Shown here: positions 8,663-20,080 of the stretch, one piece after another | Position numbering within the stretch: the stretch's first letter is position 1 | How the letters are laid out: every line of letters starts with the position of its first letter | IMG/VR virus record: IMGVR_UViG_3300044844_000928 | Length of the DNA stretch: 64,000 nt | Origin: a virus | Strand: one strand, 5' to 3' | Position numbers and translations under genes: made by a program | The notes under the pieces: model-generated | Told to the model about the DNA's origin: nothing | The model's input: only the letters and a program-made list of their open reading frames with translations | The model's database searches: none

Positions 8663-9436
8663 ATGATTATTGCATATGCGTCTGACTTACATAATGAATG
8701 GGAACCCTATGATATCCTAGAAAATACACCTAGTGGTGATGTGTTAGTTTTAGCAGGCGATATCTTAAATGTTAAATTGTTCGAGCTTGATGCTAATTCA
8801 GGGTTTGCCGTAGAGTATGACTTTTTTGATAAAGTAACCGCGTTATTCAAAAACGTCATTATGGTTATGGGAAACCATGAATACTACGGTGGGGATCTTT
8901 CAACGTCCGTGACGACTCTAAAAAAATTACTGAGTAAATATACCAACGTTCATATTTTAGACGGCAATACACTCGTTATAGATAATGTATTATTCATAGG
9001 CGGTACGTTATGGACGAATTTTAATGAAGAGAACCCAGCAACGTTATCTACGGCTAACCGCCTAATTGCTGACTATAGTAGAATTCGCGATAATGGTGAG
9101 CTTATTTCCTCCAGTAATATATTAGAACGCCATAAACACTTTGTCAAATGGGTGACTCAAGTAGACAAAATGGGGTATGATAATGTGATATTAGTAACGC
9201 ACCATTCTCCATCGTTTCAAACTACTGAAGATAAATATAAAGACTATTGGACTATGAATGGACTATTTGGTTCTAATTTAGATTCTATGCTTAGTATGTT
9301 TGATTATGCTATTTTTGGTCATCAACATAACCCAAAAACACCTGCCATCAATGGATGTACGTTACTAAATAATTCTCGGGGTTATCCCTTCGAGGAAACT
9401 TCTATCGACTTTAAATTTAAGCGAATTATAATATGA
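8663..9436 (+). CDS. calcineurin-like metallophosphoesterase
   Basis: SDLH, LAGD, GNHE, THH.P, FGHQH motifs. Confidence 0.92.
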   Translation: MIIAYASDLHNEWEPYDILENTPSGDVLVLAGDILNVKLFELDANSGFAVEYDFFDKVTALFKNVIMVMGNHEYYGGDLSTSVTTLKKLLSKYTNVHILDGNTLVIDNVLFIGGTLWTNFNEENPATLSTANRLIADYSRIRDNGELISSSNILERHKHFVKWVTQVDKMGYDNVILVTHHSPSFQTTEDKYKDYWTMNGLFGSNLDSMLSMFDYAIFGHQHNPKTPAINGCTLLNNSRGYPFEETSIDFKFKRIII

Positions 9437-9909
9437 TTATTCTAAAATGTTCTACGTTCTTGAATAAGTTATTTCAAGAACATGTATTTGATTTAGAAAA
9501 TAAAACTGTTCGCGTAGGAGATAAAATAGCGCCGGCGGTTTTTGAAGAAAAGCTTTTACCAACGGATGGTGAAACTGTAGCAAAAGGAAAGGGTTGGGTA
9601 AATTGGAATAAATGCTTATCGAATAGTGTCTATTCTCAAGTATTAACTGTGCGAACAAATTTTGACATGGAAGAAGTGATGGTAAATTATTTACAACAAA
9701 ATCATTTTGTGTACAAATACCAGAAGGGTTAAAATGCGATTACACTACGAAAGAGTGTTAAATAGTGAAAATGCTATGGTAGACGGCTATACGAAAGTAG
9801 ACGGCTATTTTGGTCCATTTAGAATGAATGAAAAGGTTATGTATTATTCGCCATTTACGGGCGGCTATATAGCGGCAAAACTTGTTTATAAAATTGAAGG
9901 AAAACAATA

Positions 9910-10290
9910 ATGGCATGTAAATGTGATATCCACCCTAATTTATTTGGTGATGTAAAAACGTTTATGGACGGTGGGGAGCAAATTCCGAGTCCAGAATTGG
10001 TTAATCTGTATAAAGACTTAATCGCGGAAGAATACGCAGAGTTTATTGACGGTGTTAATAATAATGACCCGATTGAAACTTTGGACGGGTTGGTTGATAC
10101 CGTATGGGTGATTATTGGATATTGCATCGCGGCGGGATATGATTTTGACGGAGCTTGGAAAGAAGTCGCGGCGTCAAACCTCAGTAAGCTTGACCCAGAT
10201 ACGGGTAAGGCAATCAAAAATGAAGCAGGTAAAATTATGAAACCTGCATCTTACTTTAAACCAGATTTGACCAAATTTATAGGGCAATAA
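9910..10290 (+). CDS. MazG/PRA-PH-like nucleoside triphosphate pyrophosphohydrolase
   Basis: LIAEEYAE...ETLDGLVD...EV..SNLSK...GKIMKP. Confidence 0.85.
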   Translation: MACKCDIHPNLFGDVKTFMDGGEQIPSPELVNLYKDLIAEEYAEFIDGVNNNDPIETLDGLVDTVWVIIGYCIAAGYDFDGAWKEVAASNLSKLDPDTGKAIKNEAGKIMKPASYFKPDLTKFIGQ

Positions 10291-10505
10291 TGCCTACAGC
10301 TTACATGTCTAAAATCTCGAAAGAGAAAAATATTCCAATTGCCAAACTGGAGAAATATTGGGATAAAGCAAAATCCCTAGCTAAAGATTCAGGACATGAG
10401 GAAGAATTCGATTATATTACTGGGATCTTCAATAAAATGATTAAAGAGGATGAAGACCATACTATCTCAAAATATGCTCACTTCCTGGATAATCAACCTA
10501 GATAA
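10290..10505 (+). CDS. hypothetical protein
   Basis: Translationally coupled ORF (TAATG); LEKYWDKAK...YITGIF. Confidence 0.65.
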   Translation: MPTAYMSKISKEKNIPIAKLEKYWDKAKSLAKDSGHEEEFDYITGIFNKMIKEDEDHTISKYAHFLDNQPR

Positions 10506-10510
10506 CAACT

Positions 10511-10645
10511 AAAGCCGGCTTCGCGCCGGCTTTTTCACGCATAAAATTTATTTTTAAAAAAGATAAAATAAAGCTTTACTTTTGGAAAAAACATAGTATA
10601 ATAGATCTTAATGAAGTTAAACCTTAAATTATTTGGAGATTGAAA
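10511..10645 (+). promoter_or_regulatory. terminator + early promoter + leader cassette (type I)
   Basis: gccggc-ttcgc-gccggc hairpin; TTTACT / TATAAT; conserved leader. Confidence 0.9.
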
Positions 10646-10793
10646 ATGAAATATCAAGAATTTGTATTTGAAACTGCGTATGAGGCATGTGAGTTCGCCA
10701 CAGAGTGTGGTGATAAATTCGTGAGATATAATGGTACCTCATGGAAAACTGAAGACGAAGGCGACTATGGCGTTGTGGTAGAAGGGGAATAAT

Positions 10794-13470
10794 ATGCAAA
10801 GAGATTATTTAATCGATCGTATGAAACGTATGAATTCAACTGTTCTGGGTTGCGTTGATTGTTTGCCTGTGATATGGGATGAACCAAACCAACAAGAAAT
10901 GATTGAAGAAATTGAATTCATTCTACTTGAAGCATATAAACAAATTGATGATAAAATTGCTGAGTATTCATTAAAAAGCGCAAAAATTGGAGATTAAAAA
11001 TGTCTTATTTTAAAGGTACTGTTGAAAATGGTGGTTTGTTCTATAACGGGTTTGCTAATTTTGAATACAGAGTTAGCGAAGGAAAGGCTGAAGGGCAAGG
11101 GGCATGGGGAATCGAAAACGGCTTCAAACATGAAATAGCAATTTGTGATGGGTCTGTTAGATTCGCCAACGTGAAAAAAACTGTTGCATATATATGCATC
11201 GGTGAAGACGAATGCGGTAAGCCTATTCTTGAAAAATGGAAAATTAAACATGTTTGGTGTAATACCCAGCTCTAAATTTATTTTTAAAAAAGATAAAATA
11301 AAGCTTTACTTTTCCATAAAACCAAGTATAATAGATATTAATGAAGTTATCCCTTAAATTAATCGGAGTGTTAAAATGAAAGAATTATATGAAGCAATAT
11401 ACAGTATGTATGTTTATGACAATATGTCTATTCGCGAAATCGCCTTTGAAGAAGGACTGTCAATTGATGAAGTTAAAAGTGTAATCGAATTTATGGTAAA
11501 CCTTGATCAATAGGAGATTGAAATGGCGGTTAACTGGAAAGCCTTAAAAAACTTTGAAGTCAAGTATGAGAAATATGATTATTTTTTTGCCAAAGCTACC
11601 GTAATTTGTTATGATTGTATTTTAGCTGAAAATAAAGAAGATGCTGTAAAACGTGCTATCTTTAAACACGGCGATGGAATTAGCATTTTAGCAGTAGACG
11701 AAGAAATTGAAGAATAAAAAAGCTTTACTTTTGGAAAAATTCTAGTATAATAGATCGTAATGAAGTTATCCCTTGATTATTTTGGAGAGTAAAATGAAAC
11801 GTAAAATGTATTTTTTTCAATTGAACGGCGCTAAAGCTACCTTGATTGATTCTGAAACTGAGCAAACTTTGACCATCATTGATGATTCTGGTGACGATAT
11901 TAGTGTTGATTATATCATTGCTAATTCGTATTTATTCAGAAAGGTTAAAAGTCACTCAGTAACAATGAATATGCTTTCCATTTCGTTTTAATATGAAATA
12001 TGTACTATTAAACCGCGAAGATGTATTTAAGATATTATCTCTATTTGAGTTTGAGATAGTACAAGTTGATTCGCTCAGTTGTTACGCTAAACTAACAGAT
12101 GAACAATTAGATATTCTTGACAAAAACAATTTTGGATATACCCTAAAATGAAAACTGTAAAATTTAAAGATTTAAAGCCTTATCTAAAACCGTATCCTGT
12201 ACCTGAAGAAACCAACGGACAGCGGTATAGATGTATTCCAATTGAAGATTATCGTATTGTTATTCGAGATTACGGGCACAAAGTAGAAGTGAATTATATC
12301 GACGAACATATCGATTTTGAGGGAAATTGGTCGTTAATTATCTATGATGACTTAGGTGATACCTTTATAAAGAATGTCGATGAGCTTGACGCAACAATTT
12401 ATAAAATGGAAAAAATAATTTAAAATAAAGCTTTACTTTTGATAAAAACCGAGTATAATAGAGTCTAATGAAGTTAAACCTTAATGAATTATCCGGAGTG
12501 TATATTATGTTAAAAAGTAACCCAATGATTACAGAAAATGAACTTCAAGAAGGCGTTTATCTAAGCGATTATTCGTTTCAGTTGCATGCACTCGAGCGTT
12601 CTAAATCATATATTAAAGATCCTGAATTTTTAACAAATGATTTTGCGTGGTATTACGGCGTATGTGATGGAATTGATAATTTACTTGAAGTCATTCCTGA
12701 ACTGTTATCACCTGACCGTGAATTCGTAGTGCTATTGCATAAAATCACTAAATCTGGTCAACCAAGATATGAAGGTTGGAGATGGCACAAATGGGGCGAT
12801 TATATCGGTACCCAAACGCCTACTACTGAATACATTTATGATGAGCCAGAAATTGAACTGGTTTACTGTTACCATATTTACGAGAAAATCAAATGATTGA
12901 ATGGGCAAAATCTAATAAAGGTTTAGCGGCTTGTTGCGTTTTAGGTTTTATCGCCAGCCTGCCATTTGTTTTAGGCGGTATCGGAATTTTTATCGTCAGA
13001 TTGATTAGCGAGATTGTTTTACCGATAGGCTTAGTGTTTGGAATTTTAATGTGGTTTGAAAGGGGGAATAATGACAAATAAATTTACACCGCACAGACAT
13101 GCTGATATGTTGAAAAAATATGCTGAAGTAGCGGCTTACCGTAACGACCCTTGGATTGAGTTTCAGATTCTAAGCAAAGATGGTATATGGATAAATTTCA
13201 ACAACAATATTGCGTTTGTTGAAGCTTTTGATTACCGTTGGATTGGGGATTAAAATGTTTAAAGCAATAAATAATTTTCTGTTTCTTTGGTTTTATGCAT
13301 TTATTATGATGGTCGGATTTACCAGCGTGTTTGTAATAATGCCATTTTCATTAATTTTTAAACCAAAGGCGTTCACTCAATCTACTGAGGATAAGTTGGT
13401 CAAGATTAATATGTTTTTGTCAAAACTGACTGCTAATCTGACAGAATATATTGATACAGTATGGAAGTAA
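10794..13470 (+). other. array of small early hypothetical genes (10794, 11000, 11523, 11794, 12148, 12507, 12893, 13071, 13255 etc.) with type I cassettes at ~11294, ~11716 and ~12421
   Basis: Tightly packed co-oriented short ORFs, each with an RBS; repeated promoter/leader. Confidence 0.75.
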
Positions 13471-13473
13471 ATT

Positions 13474-13582
13474 TAGCCGGCTTAGTGCCGGCTTTTTCAC
13501 GTTTGAAAATAATTTAAAATAAAGCTTTACTTTTGGAAAAAACCAAGTATAATAGATCGTAATGAATAAGCCGGAGATAAAA
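13474..13582 (+). promoter_or_regulatory. terminator + early promoter cassette (short-leader variant)
   Basis: gccggc-ttagt-gccggc; TTTACT / TATAAT agatcgtaatg. Confidence 0.9.
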
Positions 13583-13929
13583 ATGGAAACCGAATTTAAT
13601 TTTGATTTAGAACAAATGAAAATAGCGGTTAACTCTAAACGAGTAGAATTAAACCCAGTTGAGACCTTTGAGGAGTTTGACAAAATGATGCAAGTTGATA
13701 ATAAAGATACGATGATTGATAATATGTTCGCAAAGTTTACAAATTCAGCTAAGGAACGATCTAAAAGGGCGTTCGCCGGCGATGGGGAAGTATGCTATCC
13801 CTTTGTAGTAGGCTATTACGAATCAGGTATGTTAGACCTCCTGAAGCGTTTGGATTTATCTAAAGCTCAAATGGAAATTCTTATCGCAAAATTTGAACTA
13901 TAAATATTCTATTTACAAAGGAATATAAA

Positions 13930-14598
13930 ATGCTAACTTACAGAGAATACAAAGAACAATCATTAATGGAGTCTGTTGATACTAAAACATTAACAAAAAT
14001 TCTTGCTCCTGTACTTAAATTAGTAGATTCGTTAGGTCAAAATTTACAAACTAACACTGCGTTAGTATTCAATAAAAAAATCGAATCTATTGTTGATTCT
14101 TTTATTGGCGCAGGTTCTACCGAAAAATCTGATATAGAATCATTTAATGATAGTGTAACCGATTTACTTAAAGAAATGAAATCGGAATTTTTATCGGACA
14201 AAAGTCGAGATGTTTCAGATATTAGAGTTTATAGCAAAGAAAATGATAAGTGGAGATTTTCTTTAATGGATAAAATTACTGAAAAGTTGGAGTCAATTAC
14301 CGACAGTGAAAATATTGTAAAAGTTAAAGGTAAGGTAATATCTATTGAAGAAAGAAATCCAACTCAACCTGATGTAGAAAAAGAATACACTTTAAAAATT
14401 GGTGATAAAACTATAGGTTCTCTTGGGTATGGTAAAAGTGAAGTGTTGAAATCGTCTGCTTTAAGCAAAACCAAACACACTAAAGAAGATTATACTATTA
14501 AAAAAGGATGGAAAGCTTCATCAAGCGCACATCTTAGTTGGGCAGGAAACGATGTTCCTGAATCTACAAAAGAAAAAGCGATTGCTAAAATATTATAA
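13930..14598 (+). CDS. putative internal head protein (CTS-like)
   Basis: MLTYREYKEQSLMES; perfect T4 late promoter TATAAATA at ~13899. Confidence 0.7.
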   Translation: MLTYREYKEQSLMESVDTKTLTKILAPVLKLVDSLGQNLQTNTALVFNKKIESIVDSFIGAGSTEKSDIESFNDSVTDLLKEMKSEFLSDKSRDVSDIRVYSKENDKWRFSLMDKITEKLESITDSENIVKVKGKVISIEERNPTQPDVEKEYTLKIGDKTIGSLGYGKSEVLKSSALSKTKHTKEDYTIKKGWKASSSAHLSWAGNDVPESTKEKAIAKIL

Positions 14599-14608
14599 GG
14601 AATATAAA

Positions 14609-14791
14609 ATGAGTTTTGCTGAATTTAGAAAAGCAGTTTTAGAAGATGTTGTAGCGGCTGGTGTTGCCACTAATACAACCGCCGGCGTTGCTAACACAGA
14701 ACTCCCAATAGGCGCTAAACGTAAAAAGACCACTAAGACAGAAATTGAGAAACGGGTTAATGATGATGAAACTTCAATCGCAGTCAAATAG
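14609..14791 (+). CDS. small CTS-like protein
   Basis: MSFAEFRKAVLEDVVAAGVATNTT; AAGGA RBS. Confidence 0.65.
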   Translation: MSFAEFRKAVLEDVVAAGVATNTTAGVANTELPIGAKRKKTTKTEIEKRVNDDETSIAVK

Positions 14792-14982
14792 TTTTAAAAA
14801 GGGCGATAAAGTAATCTATTGTGGAAAAGATGTTAAATATCCTATCGTGTTGTATTTCGATAGCGCGGCGTATAATCCTCACTTAAACCGGTGGGACTAT
14901 TATCTAAAATTATCACCAAAAGAGAAGTTAACCGGTTACGTCGGAACGGACTTCAACGTTATGCTATTCAAAGGATAATCAA

Positions 14983-15900
14983 ATGAAAACATTTCGTGAA
15001 TTTAGAGCAGAATCTGTTCAAATCACTTCTAAACAAATTCTTTCTAATTTTAATCTAACAATAGGCGCTTTGAGCCAAAAAAATAAAGATAAATTTGATG
15101 ATGCCTTGTTAACTCTTAAAACTGCTATGGAAGAAGGCAGTATTCGTAAAGCTGATTTAGATACTTTAAAATCAGTTTTCAACAATTCTTGTGAATCGTC
15201 TTGGGAAAAACATTATACAAACCTTTACCTGAATCAATCTCGTGAAGAAAGAGATGCTGCTCCATACGCTAAAGAAGAGGAAGACCTTTATTATAAAGAT
15301 AAAGGATTTAGAAATATGGACGGTATCGTTAAAAAATATTCTAAGTTAGCCGGTAAATCTAAACTAATAGGAAATGCGATTGCGATTGCGTCTGAGTATG
15401 CTCCATTAAAAGATATAATGGACCATCTGAAAACAAATACAGTTAAAGGCAGAGCTCCATCATTGACACCAAAGCCGGTTAATCCTAATCAAGTTAGAGG
15501 AACTTGTGGTTGGTGTTTACGTGATATTTCTATTGATAAAACTGGATTGATGTCCCATCATGGGTTCACTAGACCAGGAACTGGATACCAAACTCAATCT
15601 TGCGCCGGCGTAAACTTTAAGAATTTAGAAGTATCTCTTGATGGGTTAAATGCTAGAATTAAAGCAACTGAACAAGAAAAAGAAAATTTAGAATCACGTC
15701 TAAAACAACTTCCTAATGCTATCATTTTGAATATTCGTAAAATTGGAAGTCGTGATATTATCTCTATAGGAAGAGAAGATCCTAATTGGGAAAAGGCTTT
15801 TAAAACAAATAAAATTAATCTTGAGTCTGAAATTAAAGCTATAACAGATGAATTGAAACATTTGAATCAAGTATTATCCAAATGGAAAGCATCAAAATAA
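14983..15900 (+). CDS. CTS-like protein with CxxC...H...C zinc-finger-like motif and coiled coils
   Basis: MKTFREFRAES; GTCGWC...SHHGF.RPG.G.QT.SC.G. Confidence 0.7.
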   Translation: MKTFREFRAESVQITSKQILSNFNLTIGALSQKNKDKFDDALLTLKTAMEEGSIRKADLDTLKSVFNNSCESSWEKHYTNLYLNQSREERDAAPYAKEEEDLYYKDKGFRNMDGIVKKYSKLAGKSKLIGNAIAIASEYAPLKDIMDHLKTNTVKGRAPSLTPKPVNPNQVRGTCGWCLRDISIDKTGLMSHHGFTRPGTGYQTQSCAGVNFKNLEVSLDGLNARIKATEQEKENLESRLKQLPNAIILNIRKIGSRDIISIGREDPNWEKAFKTNKINLESEIKAITDELKHLNQVLSKWKASK

Positions 15901-15917
15901 TACTCGTTTTTGATACC

Positions 15918-16010
15918 AAGCCGGCGCGAAGCCGGCTTTTTCACGCATAAAAAGCTTTACTTTTGAGAAAAACCAAGTATAATAGATCGTAATGATAAGC
16001 CGGAGGTGAA
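15918..16010 (+). promoter_or_regulatory. terminator + early promoter cassette
   Basis: gccggc-gcgaa-gccggc; TTTACT / TATAAT. Confidence 0.9.
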
Positions 16011-16373
16011 ATGAATATTGAACAAGAAATTGCCGAATTAAAATCGCGTATTCGTGTATTAGAACAACAGCTAAGTGGATTGCCTTTTGAAATTGCTCCA
16101 AAAGAAACTGAAAAACTAGAAGGTTGGTATTATGCAAATAATTATTGCCATTTCGTTAATATCGATAATAAAACCGGTTGGCGCTTACCTACTATTGAAG
16201 AGTTAAATCAAATTTATCAATCCGAAAATGATTTTGAGAAAGATTGGTATTGGTCATCTAATATGAGTAGTTTGTCAGACTACGCACAGCATTTGTTTTT
16301 CCATAATGGAGTTCAAGGTAACAGAAAAAAGCGCCACGTTGCCTACATTAGAGCCATTAGAGATTTAATTTAA
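16011..16373 (+). CDS. DUF1566 (Lcl C-terminal)-like domain protein
   Basis: GWRLPTIEELNQIY...YWSS...IRAIR. Confidence 0.8.
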   Translation: MNIEQEIAELKSRIRVLEQQLSGLPFEIAPKETEKLEGWYYANNYCHFVNIDNKTGWRLPTIEELNQIYQSENDFEKDWYWSSNMSSLSDYAQHLFFHNGVQGNRKKRHVAYIRAIRDLI

Positions 16374-16453
16374 AATAAAGCTTTACTTTTGCGAAAAACC
16401 AAGTATAATAGATCGTAATGAAGTTAAACCTTAATGCTAAACCGGAGAGTAAA

Positions 16454-16699
16454 ATGAGCAATTTCCAACCGTCAAAGCCAGTCGATACCCTATTAGACCT
16501 TGCTGACGAAAATAATATGAACAGAATACAGTTAGCTGAAGCGCTTAATATTTCTGATGATTACCTTACCAACATTATTGATGGGATATACCCTATCACT
16601 TTTATCTCCGACAATATCGTAGCGCGATTTGGTGGGTCTGTTGAGTTTTGGTATAACAGACAATTGAACTACACTAAAGCGATGCTAGAATGGAAATAG
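16454..16699 (+). CDS. HigA-like XRE HTH antitoxin/regulator
   Basis: QLAEALNIS...LTNIIDG..PIT......ARFGGSVEFWYNRQ..Y. Confidence 0.75.
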   Translation: MSNFQPSKPVDTLLDLADENNMNRIQLAEALNISDDYLTNIIDGIYPITFISDNIVARFGGSVEFWYNRQLNYTKAMLEWK

Positions 16700-16707
16700 A
16701 TTTTACG

Positions 16708-16820
16708 ACCCAGCCTAATCCGCTGGGTTTTTTATGCGTGAAAATAAAACTTTACTTTTCAAGTCCAAACACGTATAATAGCCTAGTCGGGCGTGAATTG
16801 AGGGTAAGCGGGTTAAAAAT
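16708..16820 (+). promoter_or_regulatory. terminator + promoter + conserved GC-rich leader (type II element, copy 1)
   Basis: acccagc-ctaatcc-gctgggt hairpin; cacgTATAATagcctagtcgggcgtgaattgagg. Confidence 0.85.
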
Positions 16821-17084
16821 ATGTTAATGTTATTTGGTTCTAGTTTTCTTATTATTATGTTATTAGGCTTTCAAAGTCAATTGGTTAAGAACAAAGAAGT
16901 GATACCGTCATTCGTTACTTCGTTAATGGTAGGTTCACTTCAAATCTTTTTATATAAAGCAACGCCGAACGCCGGCTTATATGAATCGATTGCTTATGTT
17001 ATGGGCGGTTCTTTTGGTATCGCTAGTTCAATTTATGTACACAATTTCTGGTTAAAACTTACTAAACAAGGTTATGAATTATGA
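16821..17084 (+). CDS. small multi-pass membrane protein
   Basis: Three hydrophobic segments. Confidence 0.65.
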   Translation: MLMLFGSSFLIIMLLGFQSQLVKNKEVIPSFVTSLMVGSLQIFLYKATPNAGLYESIAYVMGGSFGIASSIYVHNFWLKLTKQGYEL

Positions 17085-17494
17085 TAAATGCAAAAGAAGA
17101 ACTTGTAAATGTGCTTGATGGAATTACCAAAAAGCATTCGGTATCTGTAAAGTGCGCTTGGGTAACAAAACAAGGATATGAGTTTAAATGGCAAGGAGAA
17201 CTTCCAAAAGATGCTTATCTACCAGTAGGGTTTGACCAATATGAGTTAGAGTCCTTTTTGAAAAATTTAGATTTCAAATACGATAATGGATTTGGCAGTC
17301 AAGAACTATATGGCGAAGTGTGGTTTGATGATGGTTCATGGATAGAACGGGATGAATATGATGGTTCTGAATGTTGGGAATATAAAAGAACACCAGAAAT
17401 TCCTGCTAACTTATTACCGTCTGACAATTCTGGTTATGAAGAGTTTCAACAAAGTTTAGTGAATAATTTTAAGCCTTTTATTCGGGATAATTAA
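17081..17494 (+). CDS. conserved phage hypothetical protein
   Basis: LDF.YD.GFGSQEL.G.VWF.DGSW.ER.EYDGSE.W motif. Confidence 0.75.
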   Translation: MINAKEELVNVLDGITKKHSVSVKCAWVTKQGYEFKWQGELPKDAYLPVGFDQYELESFLKNLDFKYDNGFGSQELYGEVWFDDGSWIERDEYDGSECWEYKRTPEIPANLLPSDNSGYEEFQQSLVNNFKPFIRDN

Positions 17495-18204
17495 TGCTAA
17501 AAGAACTACGAAAACGAAATTTAAAATTGTTTTACTCACGGCGCAAATCTAGATTTATGGATAAGCGATATGATGAGTTAGGGTTTATCACTAGATATAG
17601 GGAAACAAGATATGAGCAGATTTCTAACCAAGCAGTCGATAGGTTTGTAGTTAATATGCTACATTTGCCTAACATTAACAAAATGCTTAAACGGTATAAT
17701 TTGATTGATTATTGGAGAAAATATGTTAACAAAATTTAGAAATCTATTCAGGTCAGTTAATTCATCTGAGGAAGCAGCAGAAGTCTATATGAATTACGTG
17801 GAAGATAAAACCAAACACGTAGAAGAAGCGGCTTATTACCTTTGGCTCAACGGTTCTACTGATGCTGAATCTAACTGGAAAGATGCGGAGAAACAGATTA
17901 ATGGATAATATTTTACTTTTGTTTTTCTCAGTTGTATTTGTAATTTTGGTTCCATTTGTTTTTTTGTACATATAGATGTTTGGTTCTGGCAGAATCTATT
18001 TCATGATTGAAAAACACATTGGGGCAGGCGTTAGATGGGATAATGACGTTTATCCCATCGAGCTACACATTATCGTTTTATGCTTCAGCATTTCTATAGG
18101 GTTTGGTAAGCGCCGCTGGTAAAATAAAGCTTTACTTTTCATAAAATAGTAGTATAATAGATCGTAATGAAGTTAAACCTTAATGATAATTTGGAGCGTA
18201 TATT

Positions 18205-18801
18205 ATGAGTCATATTTGTGAAGTTCGTGGATGTAAAAACAAAAGAGCAACTGCCGGTAAACAAAAAAACGGAAATACAATTTATCGTAAAGTTTGTACA
18301 AAACATCATTATGAAAGACAAGAAGAATTAGCTGAAAGAGAAGGATACGCTAATGCTCTGGAACGCAAATATGCTAAAGAAGAAGAATTAGCTGAAAAAG
18401 AAGGGTATGCTAGCGCCTTACAACGCAAATATGCTAAAGAAGAAGAATTAGCTGAAAGAGAAGGATTTGATACCGTCAACGATTATAGAAATTCTAAACA
18501 CGAATACCGTTGGGCAGTAAAACCATATTGCGAAAATGTTGACGGTAGATTAGGCTTTCGTTGCACTACTACTATTATGTTAACAGGTCAACTTGAAGTC
18601 GACCATATTTACCCTAAAAATAGAGCAAAATTTAATGGGTGTTCTAAAGAAGAATACAATTCGCCAGAAAACCTACACACCCTATGCTCATGCTGCCATA
18701 AATATAAAACTATAATTTACAAAGATTATGCAAATATTTTAGATAGTCAAACTGAAGCATTATTAGATAAATTAGTAAAATTTGTTGCAAACAAATACTA
18801 A
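18205..18801 (+). CDS. HNH-family protein with 20-aa tandem repeats
   Basis: YCEN.DGRLGF.C...LEVDHI...N...NL.TLC..CH..KT; N-terminal CxxxxC...CxxHH. Confidence 0.8.
   Translation: MSHICEVRGCKNKRATAGKQKNGNTIYRKVCTKHHYERQEELAEREGYANALERKYAKEEELAEKEGYASALQRKYAKEEELAEREGFDTVNDYRNSKHEYRWAVKPYCENVDGRLGFRCTTTIMLTGQLEVDHIYPKNRAKFNGCSKEEYNSPENLHTLCSCCHKYKTIIYKDYANILDSQTEALLDKLVKFVANKY
18320..18467 (+). repeat. 60-bp tandem repeat (~2.5 copies), EEELAE(R/K)EGYA.AL.RKYAK
   Basis: Seen directly in DNA and protein. Confidence 0.9.
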
Positions 18802-18803
18802 CC

Positions 18804-20080
18804 ATGAGGAAAATTATGTTCGATTTATTCAACAGCGAAAGTGAAAAAGATACATTAATTGAAGGCTATGAAAAATTGCTTGAACTTAAAGATGAAGAAA
18901 TTGCTGAATTAAGTAAAAAGATAACTATAACAGATCCTGATTTTGAAATTGACTGGGATCAATTAAACCCATTTTCTATTGAACGATTAATTGACAACAG
19001 AACATCGTTGGGTTATTTTTCTTCCGGCGAAACTAGAGAATGGTTTTTACACTGTTCATTTGAAACTCATCAAAGGTTAGCCGCTGAGTTTAGAGAGTTT
19101 CTTTTTAACAAATACAACGAGGAATAAGGGTATGAGCTGTTTTGATTCATTTTATATTTATGACATAGAAATTCAAACAAAACAGCTAACCTGTAATATG
19201 AACACTTATAGGTTAGGCGATACGGTCATTACTGATGATGAATCGAGCAGCTTTTATTTAATTGAGCAAGACGATGAAATTGGTTATGTTGGATTGATTA
19301 TCGTTAACGGGGTATTTGTTCACTATGTGGCAAAATCAACTGAGGAAAGTTGTAGATATATAACAGAATGGGGATTTAACTATCATACAAAACATAGCAA
19401 TTCTACAGTAAGAATGTTTGCTAATTTGATTAAAGATAATATCAATCCAAGGCTATATACCGCCGAGAAAAAACTACATAAAATCCAGCAAGCAACCGCT
19501 ACTTATGAAGCCTATATTAAAGATCCTGATTCTATTTTTTCGTTTTTAAAATACTGGGATAACTTTAAAAACGGTGAGTCTTTAGCAGATGTTATCAAAA
19601 ACATAATGAAGGAAAGTGATGATAATTCAAAAAGATAAAGAATACAAAACTTTAAGTGGCGATCCTGTTGAAATCTATAAAATTGATGTTCGCGGGGACT
19701 TGCCAGTTATAGGCGCGTATCAAGATTCAAAAACTGAAATATGGTATAGTTGTTGTTGGACTATAGAAGGCAAAGAATATTGTATAGATTCTGAGTATAA
19801 TGCTAATGACTTAGTAGAATTTCCTAAATTCAAAATTATTGAATTTGTTTCTGCTGCTACTAAAACAATTCATTATTTTGGACATACCATTAAAATTCAT
19901 AGCGCAATTAATTGGATAGCGACAGATGATAACGGGTTTGTTTACGGTTATTTTGGTAAGCCTATACTGGACGGAGATAAAAGATGGAAAAATATTGTGT
20001 CTGCTCCGCCATGTGTTTTAATTGCTTCAGCCACCTATTCCGGTGATTTTAAAGATTCTTTGATGGAGGTTAGATGCTAA
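18804..20080 (+). other. three hypothetical ORFs (18804-19127, 19132-19638, 19616-20080)
   Basis: Packed co-oriented ORFs. Confidence 0.65.

Noticed and set aside
12468-12506. Shared N-terminal peptide MKLNLNELSGVY on several ORF-track proteins (12468, 16418, 34686, 49776, 50215)
   Set aside because: It is the translation of the repeated promoter leader. Only about a third of the copies are in frame, as expected by chance, and a GGAG RBS precedes the downstream ATG. Leaderless uORF translation cannot be excluded but has no support.
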